A DNA stretch of 63,674 bases, filler included. It is 5 parts of 5 records of this genome, joined end to end, with 100 filler letters (N's around TTAATTAATTAA, not from the genome) between each part and the next. Parts side by side here need not be neighbours in the genome. Positions count along the whole stretch, not along the records: positions 10,865 to 38,921 come from DRR723986_13886; 4 more parts are not named here. One strand, 5' to 3'. The position numbers and the translations under genes are program-made. The notes under the pieces are model-generated. The model searched no databases and was not told the DNA's origin. It saw nothing but the letters and a program-made list of their open reading frames with translations. Positions 20,159-30,688 of the stretch are shown here, in pieces. The first letter of the stretch is position 1. Each line of letters starts with the position of its first letter.

Positions 20159-21607
20159 TCAGTTGCAATCGTCATACTGCGCCGGCGTGGCGCTCAGCAC
20201 ACAACAGCCGTAGGTATTGAGCTGCGCCAGAATTCCCGGGCTGACGATTTTTGAGCCCATACCGTAATAGTTGGCGTACTTCTTGCGTGATGCCGCATTT
20301 TGCATCAGGGCAGTTACACTCGCGGCATTCAGCCCATTTTGATCATAGGCGTCATTATACTCATATTCGTCATCCCAGTCGCTTGCATCCATGTACGCGG
20401 CTTTTGGGAACAGACAGGTTGGAATCACCTTCCTGGACATTCCTTTTTCACCGATGTCGAGAACATAGGTTGTGAAGTCGTAAATCTTGCCGCTTTGCTG
20501 CCCAAATTCGTAGACCTGGAAGGCCGGGTTATTGTCAAATATGGGACTGACGGACGGCGCAATTTTAGTTAACAGTTTACCTTGCGCATGTTCCAGGATG
20601 CGGTAATCATCCATGTGCGTGTGCCCGGCAAACGCCAGCTGCACCACTCCGTGGAACTCTTCCAGAATACGTGTAAAATAGGCCATCGCATCGGCATTCC
20701 AGAAGCTGGTCGCCTGCCCGCTTTCGCTTGTTGAATAGGCGTTCAGGCCCGGTGGAATGTGCATCAGCAGCCAGACTTTGCGCTTTTCAATCTTGGCAAT
20801 GGCCAGCTCACTGCGCAGCCACTGAAGTTCACATTTGTAGTTGGGATGTTTACAGATTTCAAGACTGTTAAACGCCGCACCGTCGTCACATGTACTGCCG
20901 GGATACCCTTCGTGCATAAATATGGTGTTTAACACGATCATGTTATGCTTGTGCAGGCCCGGAATTCGGCGCTGGTAGTAGCCGCCAACTGCAAAGTCAT
21001 CACGGACTTCGTGAACTTCATCTTTTGCCAGGTGCATGTAGGGCTCCCAGACTTCAATAAAGTTCTTGAGAAATACACCACCGGCCTGAATCAGATAGTC
21101 GCCACAAAGGGCATCGTCATTACCCAGGGTTGGAATTACCGGAACGCCCGCAAAGTACTTGTTAAACTGCAGTCCCATAAATGCCAGGGCCTTGCGTGTA
21201 AATGCCGCGTAACCTTCGTCACTTCCAAAACAGGCCACATACTGCGCGTACCATTTGTGCGCCATAAAGTCGCCCGGATAAATGATAAACTTCGGGCGCT
21301 CTACCTCTTCGGCCGCGGCGGCAAGCGCGGAACGCATCAACCAGAAGTTGGAGTCATAGCCGTACGCACTAACGTATTGATCACCCTCGGGGGCCAGGTA
21401 CATTTTCTCCCACTCACTTACATCCGCCGCGGCCAGCGCACGCGTAAAAGTGGAGTCTCCAAAAGGATTAAAATGTATATCGGAAATCAGGAGGAATTCG
21501 GCGCGATCATCCTGCGCGTGTACGGTGGCACCACCAAGAATCAGCAGCAGGCACAAGCTCAGGGCGGAAATCATCGATCGCATCAAATTTGGCATAGGGG
21601 TTGGCAT
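20159..21607 (-). CDS. Secreted calcineurin-like metallophosphoesterase (acid sphingomyelinase-like)
   Basis: SDIH, PGDFMAH, LGNDD, MHIPP, AGHTHMDD, PSVSPIFDNNPAF; signal peptide; exact start uncertain. Confidence 0.85.
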   Translation of the reverse strand: MPTPMPNLMRSMISALSLCLLLILGGATVHAQDDRAEFLLISDIHFNPFGDSTFTRALAAADVSEWEKMYLAPEGDQYVSAYGYDSNFWLMRSALAAAAEEVERPKFIIYPGDFMAHKWYAQYVACFGSDEGYAAFTRKALAFMGLQFNKYFAGVPVIPTLGNDDALCGDYLIQAGGVFLKNFIEVWEPYMHLAKDEVHEVRDDFAVGGYYQRRIPGLHKHNMIVLNTIFMHEGYPGSTCDDGAAFNSLEICKHPNYKCELQWLRSELAIAKIEKRKVWLLMHIPPGLNAYSTSESGQATSFWNADAMAYFTRILEEFHGVVQLAFAGHTHMDDYRILEHAQGKLLTKIAPSVSPIFDNNPAFQVYEFGQQSGKIYDFTTYVLDIGEKGMSRKVIPTCLFPKAAYMDASDWDDEYEYNDAYDQNGLNAASVTALMQNAASRKKYANYYGMGSKIVSPGILAQLNTYGCCVLSATPAQYDDCN

Positions 21608-21950
21608 AAAGGGCTCCACACAGGGGTTCAACACAAAAAGCCGCGCACAAGGCTAAGGAATCATCGGCATCTCAGGCTGGGCGAGACATGCCGATCCAGG
21701 TCGGTAAGGATAGTACTGGGACGGCGCAAATGTTCCCGGAACGCCCCCGACTTCCCTAGCTTCAGCTCAGCCTGCAAAAATACACAAGTCCATCCAATTA
21801 CCTTGGCGCACGGACGGTTTGGGCGACTCACAGGGAAGGTTCGGCAGGACGAACCAGGGCTTCAAAAACAGAAGCGCCCGCACGGGATTCAGTTCCCGGC
21901 AGGCGCAATTTCTGGATCAAATTCATCCAGGCTGGCAGCTTATATTTGGC

Positions 21951-22328
21951 TTATTCTTTGGAGTGCAGGCCAACACGATTGCCTTCCGTATCCTTAATCA
22001 GCCCAACAAACCCAAACTCGCCGATGTTCGTTTTAGGCATGAGCACATCTCCGCCATTTTCGCTAACACGCCCCAAAGTGGCTTCCAGGTCAGCAACATT
22101 TATATAGACAACCGATCCCTTCATTGAGGGTTCATACCCCTCGGACTGAAGCAGTGTACCAGCCGCACCAGGCAGATCGTACCCGGCAGGAAACCACGCC
22201 ATTTCGGACTCACCCATTGAGAAGGGCTGCATTTCGATTTCAAGAACTTTTTCATAAAATTGTCTGGCGCGCGCCAGGTCATTCACAGGAATTTCAAACC
22301 AGTTAACGGGATTGTGAGTAAGTGACAT
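21951..22328 (-). CDS. VOC/glyoxalase family protein
   Basis: NWFEIPVNDLARARQFYEKV, DTEGNRVGLHS. Confidence 0.92.
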   Translation of the reverse strand: MSLTHNPVNWFEIPVNDLARARQFYEKVLEIEMQPFSMGESEMAWFPAGYDLPGAAGTLLQSEGYEPSMKGSVVYINVADLEATLGRVSENGGDVLMPKTNIGEFGFVGLIKDTEGNRVGLHSKE

Positions 22329-22505
22329 ACTAGCAGTCCTTAAATGTTCACCAAAGATCTATGAGCGGACGGCCTGGTAGGCAGTGGCTGTCTTTGATGA
22401 TGATGATTGGAATTGGCTTAATGGCTCAATAAATTCAGTACAGAACATTAAGATACAACGCATTTTCTATACGGCGCAAACGCTTTACAGGCCAGGAATA
22501 CACCG

Positions 22506-22678
22506 CCGCGCCCCCTTCACAGACTTCGGTGGCTAGCTCTTTTTCTTTTTGTTAGTTGCTGCTGCTGCAGGCTCAAGTGTTTAAGTACATACAGACAATA
22601 AAATCACAACATCCAGGTGACTTCAGACTGACAATACAGCGACAAACAAGACGCTCATAAAAGCCTGAGGGCGAAGTG
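22506..22678. repeat. Degenerate inverted-terminus element (copy 2)
   Basis: CGCCCC..CGGTGGCTAGCTCTTTTTCTTTTTGTTAG ... GACAAACAAG..GAGGGCGAAGTG. Confidence 0.55.
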
Positions 22679-22729
22679 TAAACGAGCACTCAAAGCGACG
22701 GCTTTGGCGCGTGGTACAAAACACAATTA

Positions 22730-24181
22730 TCAATCAGAAGAATCAAATTCAATATAAAACAAACTGCCGCGGCCGGCTTCACTTTTACAGGCAACACGTG
22801 CGCCAATTAACTGCGCCAACTTGTAGGTGTTTGCCAAGCCCAGCCCGGTAGAATCCTCACCCGCCGTGGGACGTGCCGAAAGCCGCTGAAACTTCTTAAA
22901 CAAGCGCGGATGTTCCTGTGGCAAAATCCCCGGCCCCTGGTCTTCCACCTCCAGGCGCACGGACCGGCCAAGCGCGCGCACACGTAGTGTAATCTGCGTG
23001 CCCGGCTGCGAAAATTTAATGGCGTTCGAGACAAAATTGTCCAAAATCTGATCGGCGACCACACGGTCAAGTTTGACATAAACATCCTGCTCAGGCCGCT
23101 CCAGATGTAACTCAATCGACTTTTCGCCGGCTGCGGACTGGTAATCGGCTGCTACTTTTTGGAGTAATTCACTCACGCTGGTGGGTTCAATATTAAACTC
23201 AATCGTCCCGGACTCAATCGCATTCGTATTTAACAAACTCTGAATAATTCGCTGCATGCGCTCAGCCGACTGCTCTACCTGTTGCAGGCGTTCGCGGACT
23301 TCCTGCGGTTTCATTTTATCCAGATAACGGCTAACGGAGGACACGGCAAGTACGACGCTGGCAAGTGGATTTTTGAGGTCATGCGCAGCTATTCCCAGGA
23401 ACTCATTTTTTTCGTTGTTAAGGTTTTCCAGTTGTTCATTACTTGTCACTAATTCGGCATTGGCGCGTTGGATCGCACGTTCCTGCACATAGTCGTTGCG
23501 CGTATAGGACTCGATGACATAACTGGTGCACAAGCCCAGAATCGCCGACGAAATCAAGAAGGTATTTGAAGATATTAATGTAACAACTTCGTAGTCAACC
23601 ATAAACAGAGTCAACAGCTGGTAGGACGCCAAAAAGGCGAGTGCAACCAGGACTCCACGTGTAAAACGCAGGCGCGCCAGGGTTAAGGCAAATGCCATTA
23701 ACAACATTAAGGAGGGGTAGGCAAAGTCGGGCGGCATGGGAGTTTTAGCAGCAATAAACACAATACCGGCGGCGCCGATTAACACCGCACTAATTGTCAG
23801 CTTCTGCAAGTGCCGCTGCATAAACTGCATATGAGTCAGGCCAACAACGGCTAAACCCAGGGGCAAAATTACAGCATAGCGCACGGTCCAGGTAATGTGC
23901 AAAAAGTCGGGAACAACCAGGTAGTCCCATATCCCGAACATTCCGTAGAGCACGACTCCCATCAGGAAAGCAAAGCGCATCTGCGGAGCTGTTAAGGCTG
24001 CATAATACTCTAAAAATTGCTGCTCTGAAGCAGCATCCCGAAAACAAAGTGTATATGGATTACGCGCAAACGTTGTGTCCGTATTACTTCCACCCGCACC
24101 TGGAACAGGCGACGGCAGCCCCTTTGTATCCGGCGTGATTCCATTGTGTCCACGCACCAGAAAACCCCTTAGAATTAACAC
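22730..24181 (-). CDS. Sensor histidine kinase with ~6-TM input domain
   Basis: AAHDLKNPL H-box, NFVSNAIKFS, EDQGPG, STGLGL; start uncertain. Confidence 0.92.
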   Translation of the reverse strand: MLILRGFLVRGHNGITPDTKGLPSPVPGAGGSNTDTTFARNPYTLCFRDAASEQQFLEYYAALTAPQMRFAFLMGVVLYGMFGIWDYLVVPDFLHITWTVRYAVILPLGLAVVGLTHMQFMQRHLQKLTISAVLIGAAGIVFIAAKTPMPPDFAYPSLMLLMAFALTLARLRFTRGVLVALAFLASYQLLTLFMVDYEVVTLISSNTFLISSAILGLCTSYVIESYTRNDYVQERAIQRANAELVTSNEQLENLNNEKNEFLGIAAHDLKNPLASVVLAVSSVSRYLDKMKPQEVRERLQQVEQSAERMQRIIQSLLNTNAIESGTIEFNIEPTSVSELLQKVAADYQSAAGEKSIELHLERPEQDVYVKLDRVVADQILDNFVSNAIKFSQPGTQITLRVRALGRSVRLEVEDQGPGILPQEHPRLFKKFQRLSARPTAGEDSTGLGLANTYKLAQLIGARVACKSEAGRGSLFYIEFDSSD

Positions 24182-24407
24182 GGCATCGGTACGCGCTGAT
24201 GCCCGATGCTGTCAAGAAATTGTCCCCACTGACCATCTGATACGAGCTTGCATGTAATCAAGGAATCTCCCTTGCAAGCGGCATCTGCACAATCCAAAAA
24301 CATTGCCCACAAGTAAAAAAACGACTCCCATGACCGCAAGTAATACGGATCAGTTGAATTCAGATTTGGTCTACTGAGTTATGATTGAGAACATGAACGG
24401 AAACGCC

Positions 24408-25130
24408 TTACTGCTCAGCAAAGCGCCGCAGTATTTCCAGGAATGCGTCGCGGCGGCGTGCCGAGACTTCGACGTGTTCTCCATCACTCATCAGCACCTT
24501 GCCGCCACGCCCACTCAAATAGGAGCGCACCTCCCGCAGATTTATCAGATGCGACTTGTGCACCCGATAGAATCCATGCGGCTGCAACAGCTCTTCAAAT
24601 TCCCCGAGCGTCCGTGAAGCGATGCGCACTTCACCGTCTTTAACATGCAGGCAGGTGTAGTTGCTGCTGGCGCGGCAGCGGATGATATCTTCAACATCTA
24701 TCAACTCAAAACCATTTTCGCGGGCTACGCGAATGCGCATCGGTTCGGCGGGAGCGCGGCGTTCGGAGTGCAAGATACGGGCGATGGCCTGCTGCAGTTC
24801 AGGCGGTTTGACGGGTTTCAGCAGGTAGTCAAATGCTCCATGGCGCAGAGCACGGATGGCATATTCGCGGTGCGCAGTCACAAATACCACATGCGGTTCA
24901 CATGTGCTGGAAGCGTTTTCGAGCAGCTCACAAAAGTCAAAGCCGTCACCATCCGGCATTTCTATGTCGAGGAAAACAATGTCAGGTTGATGTGTGTGCA
25001 CGGCTACAATTGCATCGGAGATGTTGTCACACTCCGCAGCAAGCTCTACTTCGGGGCAGAATTCACTGAGTTTCATCTGCAGCGTGGCACGCGCGTGGAA
25101 CTCATCGTCAACAATCAAAGCTCGCAACAT
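24408..25130 (-). CDS. LytTR-family response regulator
   Basis: IVDDE, FLDIEMP, FVTAH, YLLKP, FYRVHKSHLIN, VSARR; TAATG coupling with the upstream kinase. Confidence 0.95.
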   Translation of the reverse strand: MLRALIVDDEFHARATLQMKLSEFCPEVELAAECDNISDAIVAVHTHQPDIVFLDIEMPDGDGFDFCELLENASSTCEPHVVFVTAHREYAIRALRHGAFDYLLKPVKPPELQQAIARILHSERRAPAEPMRIRVARENGFELIDVEDIIRCRASSNYTCLHVKDGEVRIASRTLGEFEELLQPHGFYRVHKSHLINLREVRSYLSGRGGKVLMSDGEHVEVSARRRDAFLEILRRFAEQ

Positions 25131-28100
25131 TACTGTGTCACCTGTAGTTTTTCCAGGGCAAACCATAATTCCACGCGCGTGCCACGAACGGCTCCATCGG
25201 GGGCTATGATATCGCTGATTTTAGTAGAAATCTGTTGGCGGCGGCGCGCATTCAGCAGTCGGATCCTTTCGGCCGTAACACTGGTGCCCAAATTGGTTCC
25301 AGGCCGTGCTTCGAGTTTTTGATCCGCCATCTGGTTCGGTTCAAGTTTTACCGATTGTTTGTGCCGACGTTGATTTTGGCGTGCCGCGTGGCGTCCAATA
25401 CCATTGTCTTCAATGCGGCAGTAGAGTTTCTCGTCCTGCAGGCTGATTGTCAGCTCAACTCTGCCGCCCTCACGCTTATGGACCTGGCCATGTTTAAGCG
25501 CATTTTCGATATAAGGCTGGAAAACGAGGGGCGGAATTTGGATTGCGGATTTGTCGATTTGTGGTTCAACATGTAGCTCAAAGCTGAATTTTTCCTGGAA
25601 GCGCAGCGTCTGCAGGTTCAGGTACATGCGCAGGGCATTCAGCTCGCTCTCAAGACTGATGGTGCTGTGGCTGGAATGCTCGAGGATTTCACGCACCAGG
25701 TCACCGAATTCGCGCAGATAGTGCGCCGCACCCTGCACATCGCGCTGCAAGATTAAATATTCGATTGAGCCGAGTGTATTAAAAATGAAGTGCGGGTTCA
25801 TCTGTAATCGCAAGGTTGTCATACGCGCTTCCAGCAGCCTGCGCCTCAAGCGATTCTGCAGGAGGAGTGCATGTGTGCGGCGGTAGATGACCGTCGCAAT
25901 CAACGCTATGCCGGCCAGGACAACAGCTACGCGGAACCACCAGGTTTGCCAGTAGGGCGTCGCCACACTAAAGGAGACTGAAGCGGCATTTTGACTTAAG
26001 TCATCACGTCCAACTGTATTGACCATAAAACGATAGTCGCCCGGATCCAGGTTTGTGAAGCCGGCAAAGCGGCGGGTGCCGCAGTAGGTCCACTTGTCAC
26101 TAAAGCCCTCCAGCCGGTAGGCATAACGCTGCCGTTCGGTAGAGATGAAGTCCAGCGCGCTGAATTCAAAAGAAATGAAATTCTCGCTGTACTCAAACTC
26201 CATCTGGTCCGTTGGCCAGGGTTCAGAAACACGTAAAGTGTCAAACACTTTGACTGCACTGATTACGACAGGCGGAATAAATGAGTCTGAACGCACGTGT
26301 ATGGGATCAAATTCATTTAAGCCATTGATGCCGCCGAAGGCCATTTTGTCGCTACCGTCACTGGCATAAGCCCTGAAAGAAAACTCGAGTCCCTGCAGTC
26401 CGTCCTGCGGACCAAATTCATGCACGAGTCCCAAGCTTTTGTCCCAGCAGAGCAGACCTTGATTGCCGCTAAACCAATAGCGTCCACTGCGATCCTGCAA
26501 CATGCCATAGAGTGTGTTAAAGCGCTGATCTTCGCGCAGTGGTGCGGGAACAAAGCGGTCCAGCGCGCTATCATAGTAGCTGGGGCCACCACCGTAACTG
26601 ACGGCCCAAATGGTGCCGGCGGCATCTTCAAAGAGTGCGCAGACATTATCACCAACCTGCCTGATATCGGAGCTTCCGGTTGAATTACCAGGCTGGCCGG
26701 CGGCGAGGTAGGTTTGAAACTTCAGTCCGTCGGGATCTATCAGTCGATTGACTCCGAGGCTTGTGGCCACCCAAACTTGGCCATCGGCAGCCTGGAGAAT
26801 TTCCCAGACAAGGCCGGCTGTAAACTCAGCGGATGAATGTGTAGCGGCCGACACGACTTTCTCATGGCGGCCCAGAGAATCACTGATGATAATTTCGCCA
26901 CCGTGTGTTCCAAGCCAGAGTCGCTTGCGCTCATCTCGGAAAATTGCCCAGATACTTACAGCGTTTTCAGGAGCGGCATTCACCTGGTAAAGCATTTTCT
27001 GCTGCGTATCAATTTTTAGTAGTCCCGCATTAGACCCGAGCAGAAAACCTTGCAACGAGTCAGGATAAATACAGTTGATGACATTTCCCGTAGCCATGAC
27101 TATTTTTAGGCCAGAGAAGGAAAAGTGGCTCCAGGCCGAACCAGCTCCATGTTTCAGGTACAGACCATTTTCAGTACCGACCCAGAGACTATCGGCACTA
27201 CTATAGTGCAGGGAGCGGATGAAGTTGCTCCCCAGCCCCGGAGCGGCGGAACTATCCGGCGCGGATTCACGGCGGGCGTAATGTGCAAAGCCGCTCCCAT
27301 GCTGTTTAACTTTGTACAGTCCCCGTCGCGTTCCAATCCAGACGGTTCCGCGATTACTCTGGTGAAAAGCAAACACGCTGCCATGCCGGTCAAAATCGAG
27401 CGGAATGACGAGTTGGGCCGTGCGACGCTGCATGTCAAAGTAGTATATACCACTGCCACTTTGTTCGGCCGAATTTGTCATTACGAGCCTCCAAAAGGAC
27501 CCGTTTTGCTCCAGCCCAAAAATTTGGCTGAAATGCTCACGCTCGAAAAGGGTTGGCAGGTTATCAAAGTCAGCAGGCATGATGGAGTCGAGTTTCGAAG
27601 CACGCCAATCGTAGCGATGCAGGAGCGCATCTTCGGCCTGGGCGAGGCCTTTGGGTCTGACGATGCAAACGTTTTGCTCCGCATCCAGGCCGATGATTTT
27701 CTGCCAGCCCGGGAAATGGTGCAAGACCTGCAAGTGTTCACGTTCCGGAAGCCACAGTGCCAGAGCCTCGCGATTACACAGAGCCCAGAGTTTGCCATTC
27801 CTGCCATGTGTTAAGTCAGAAACGGCTGCACCTTGCATGTCGGCAGGCAGCAGAGCTATTTCATCAAAGCTATCAGACTCCGGGTCGTATCGATTGAGTC
27901 CGGCAGATGTTCCCGCCCAAACTATTCCGGCGGAGTCTGCCCGCAGGCTTAAGACCAGGTCGCTGAGGAGCGCACCTGTGAGACTTGAGTCTCTGCGATA
28001 GAATGTTGAAAATCCATTGCGACGGTCCAGGCGCTGCAGACCGCGATTGCCAAAGCTAAGCCAGAAGTCTCCTTTACCGGATTCCGCCATCAATTCGACG

Positions 28101-28438
28101 TTGGGAGACGCAAGCCCTTCGGCCATCGCTGTGTGCCGGATGGTTGAAAACTCATAGGCGTCGTAGCGGCAAATTCCATCGCGCGTGGCAAACCACATGA
28201 AGCCGCGCCGGTCTTGCATGATGTCATATACATTGTTTTGCGGCAGACCGTCTTCAATGCTGTAATACTCAACCAAAAATTGCGGCGCATCTTCCTGTTC
28301 AGCGCCCAGAAGCAAAGCCGTCGGAATGCCCCAAAAAAGCAGGAGACAAGCCAGGGTCCGCACCGACGCACAAGCTTCAATACGGTATGAAGCTAGCTTA
28401 GGCCCAACTGACTGACAGGTTCTGGAAATTCTATTCAT
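25130..28438 (-). CDS. LytS-type sensor kinase with beta-propeller (Reg_prop) and Y_Y_Y periplasmic domains
   Basis: Repeated D..G..W.GT..GL blades, YAYRLEG, TNLDPGDYRF, TM, LQMNPHFIFNTL, QPYIENALKHG, EDNGIG. Confidence 0.93.
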   Translation of the reverse strand: MNRISRTCQSVGPKLASYRIEACASVRTLACLLLFWGIPTALLLGAEQEDAPQFLVEYYSIEDGLPQNNVYDIMQDRRGFMWFATRDGICRYDAYEFSTIRHTAMAEGLASPNVELMAESGKGDFWLSFGNRGLQRLDRRNGFSTFYRRDSSLTGALLSDLVLSLRADSAGIVWAGTSAGLNRYDPESDSFDEIALLPADMQGAAVSDLTHGRNGKLWALCNREALALWLPEREHLQVLHHFPGWQKIIGLDAEQNVCIVRPKGLAQAEDALLHRYDWRASKLDSIMPADFDNLPTLFEREHFSQIFGLEQNGSFWRLVMTNSAEQSGSGIYYFDMQRRTAQLVIPLDFDRHGSVFAFHQSNRGTVWIGTRRGLYKVKQHGSGFAHYARRESAPDSSAAPGLGSNFIRSLHYSSADSLWVGTENGLYLKHGAGSAWSHFSFSGLKIVMATGNVINCIYPDSLQGFLLGSNAGLLKIDTQQKMLYQVNAAPENAVSIWAIFRDERKRLWLGTHGGEIIISDSLGRHEKVVSAATHSSAEFTAGLVWEILQAADGQVWVATSLGVNRLIDPDGLKFQTYLAAGQPGNSTGSSDIRQVGDNVCALFEDAAGTIWAVSYGGGPSYYDSALDRFVPAPLREDQRFNTLYGMLQDRSGRYWFSGNQGLLCWDKSLGLVHEFGPQDGLQGLEFSFRAYASDGSDKMAFGGINGLNEFDPIHVRSDSFIPPVVISAVKVFDTLRVSEPWPTDQMEFEYSENFISFEFSALDFISTERQRYAYRLEGFSDKWTYCGTRRFAGFTNLDPGDYRFMVNTVGRDDLSQNAASVSFSVATPYWQTWWFRVAVVLAGIALIATVIYRRTHALLLQNRLRRRLLEARMTTLRLQMNPHFIFNTLGSIEYLILQRDVQGAAHYLREFGDLVREILEHSSHSTISLESELNALRMYLNLQTLRFQEKFSFELHVEPQIDKSAIQIPPLVFQPYIENALKHGQVHKREGGRVELTISLQDEKLYCRIEDNGIGRHAARQNQRRHKQSVKLEPNQMADQKLEARPGTNLGTSVTAERIRLLNARRRQQISTKISDIIAPDGAVRGTRVELWFALEKLQVTQ

Positions 28439-28830
28439 GAATTTTGAGTGTCAATTGACTTGGCAGAGAACCACTGTTTCAACTATGCGATTGTGTCTGG
28501 AGCGCACTTATAGCTGAATACGACTTGTAGCAAAGGGCGCTGCATTAGATTAATGGGGTATGGATGCGGCGGACGCAGGAAGATGATGTAATTCTGCGAA
28601 ACTCCCAAACCAAATTAGAGCACACTGCCGAATGCCTCATTCTGGTTTCCTATTTCACACGGCCCGTTCGCAGCCGCGGAACTAGTGTTGCGCCATTTTG
28701 TTTGGGAATGAGATTCAGCTATGTAGTTTTGTACCTACTGACTCTGGATATTCTGGAACTCAGTTGCGCGCGCTCGGGCGCGTACAAAAACAGACCACAG
28801 TGTTTATCCGCATAACCTGGAGAGAAGTTG

Positions 28831-29337
28831 ATGGCCATTAGTGAGGCAATGTTACCCGAATACGATATGGAAATGGCAAGTACACGCAGAGTCCTTGAGC
28901 GTATCGAGGATGCGAAGTTTGACTGGAAACCTCATGACAAATCTCAGTCGATGGGTGCGCTAGCGACACACCTTGCCGTCATTCCCAGCTGGGCAGTTGT
29001 TACGGTCCACAAGGATCACTATGATCCTACCGACAGCGACAATCCGCCGCAGCCAAAAGCCTCCAACAAAGCCGAAGTGCTCGCGCTTTTTGATAAAATT
29101 ACGGCTGAGGGTCGCGCGGCAATTGTGTCTGCCGACGACGCCCAATTAATGCAACCATGGAGCATGAAGGTTGCCGGAGATACTAAGTTCAGCATGCCCA
29201 AGGTCGCGGTATTGCGCTCCTTTGTGCTTAACCATATCATCCACCACCGTGCGCAGCTAGGTATCTATTTACGATTGAATGATATTCCGATGCCGGAAGT
29301 ATATGGACCAACGGCAGACGAAAACAGCATGGCCTGA
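28831..29337 (+). CDS. DinB family protein
   Basis: WKPHDKS, LATHL, NHIIHHRAQLGIYLR, YGPTADE. Confidence 0.92.
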   Translation: MAISEAMLPEYDMEMASTRRVLERIEDAKFDWKPHDKSQSMGALATHLAVIPSWAVVTVHKDHYDPTDSDNPPQPKASNKAEVLALFDKITAEGRAAIVSADDAQLMQPWSMKVAGDTKFSMPKVAVLRSFVLNHIIHHRAQLGIYLRLNDIPMPEVYGPTADENSMA

Positions 29338-29362
29338 GGCCGTCCAGACAAGTTTAAACTAC

Positions 29363-29394
29363 AAAAGCCCCGCCGGTTTACCGGCGGGGCTTTT
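29363..29394. terminator. Bidirectional intrinsic terminator
   Basis: AAAAGCCCCGCCGG-ttta-CCGGCGGGGCTTTT between convergent genes. Confidence 0.9.
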
Positions 29395-29449
29395 GCATGA
29401 AAATCTATCCAAGACCGCAGTCATAGATGGATATATTCGCAGATGCTCC

Positions 29450-30016
29450 TTACTGAGCAGCTTTCATTTTAGCTGTGCTTCCGGCAAAGATTGTGACTTT
29501 GCTTGTGCCATTTTCGTTAACAAATGTAACGTCTTTGGCAACTTCATAGGAAACAGCACGCTCTGATGGCCATTCGCGGATGTCATCTGTTGACTTCAGT
29601 ACGATTGGGTCTTTGCTCGTGTACTTAACGTCATTGAGCGTCAGGTTAACGTGTGAAGTAACAACGGCACTTGCTGGGTAGAATGGAGTACCGTTGGAGT
29701 TGTTGCTATTGATCGAGATCGTGTTTTCTTTTGTCTCGTCGTTGGTAGCTGTACCTTTGTTACGCTTATTGCGATCGGCCAGGTTCAGTTCCTTACACTT
29801 AATTTTAACAACTTTTTCTGTGTCGGAAACATCATCTGGCTCGGTACCGTCCATGAAATTAACACCACCCATAAGGACGGTAACACCATCAATTTCCACT
29901 TCACAAAGGGTTGAACCTTCGCAGTCGTAGTCACAAAGGTTTTGAGCATTGGTGTTTGCAACGAAGGCAAAGATAAGGGCTAGGGCTGCGAGGCCGCTAA
30001 GTAGATTGCGATACAT
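29450..30016 (-). CDS. Secreted hypothetical protein, paralog A (188 aa)
   Basis: Signal peptide ending TNA-Q, four Cys, ungapped paralog at 30689-31255. Confidence 0.88.
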   Translation of the reverse strand: MYRNLLSGLAALALIFAFVANTNAQNLCDYDCEGSTLCEVEIDGVTVLMGGVNFMDGTEPDDVSDTEKVVKIKCKELNLADRNKRNKGTATNDETKENTISINSNNSNGTPFYPASAVVTSHVNLTLNDVKYTSKDPIVLKSTDDIREWPSERAVSYEVAKDVTFVNENGTSKVTIFAGSTAKMKAAQ

Positions 30017-30612
30017 AATGATTCTTCCTGTAGAATACATAGACATCAAAAATGGGTACTATTGAGTTTGTGGTCACGAATGTGCGCATCATCCTTTTCC
30101 ACGGTGTGGGCTGTATATTTCCAGAGCGAACAGATATCCGCTCGTAGATTTCGATTCAGTTGCCAGGTCATTAACTAGAATGGCATAGCTGGAATATTAT
30201 AGTCAGAGATTATCGTCAGAGAGAATTGATCTAACTTTGTTAAACAGTGGCAGGTGTTTAACTGGCGTGCAATATAGACGCATTTGTTAACCGACGCAAC
30301 ATTTTTCCACAAAAGCCTGATAATTTTCTTTTCTGCTGTGGCAGACACAACAGAATAGTAACACTAAGGACTCCGTGACGTTATGCGCAGGCAATTGCCG
30401 GCCGGCATATTGGGGCATGGGGGCTGGTGGCAGCTTCAAATATTCCGAGCTTGGGAACCGGAGCAAAACACAAAAATCACGATAAGCCTGCCGCAGGAAC
30501 ACATTAAAAGATTGCGGCCGTGTGACCATAAACTGCCCGGCGCGGCAAAGCGAGACTTAACATTCGAGAAGGTCTTTGAGTAAAGGGGCAATATGAACGG
30601 CAAACAAACAGC

Positions 30613-30640
30613 AAAAGCCCCGACGGAATCCACCGAGGCT
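30613..30640 (-). terminator. Probable terminator of paralog B
   Basis: Minus strand AGCCTCGGTGGA-T-TCCGTCGGGGCT (with G-U pairs) followed by TTT. Confidence 0.6.
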
Positions 30641-30688
30641 CATGCAATAGTCATTCAATTAACCAGTGCGATTTAACGCCGTGATTAA

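Noticed and set aside
20945-21997. 350-aa plus-strand ORF
   Set aside because: Mostly antisense to the phosphoesterase gene; no motifs
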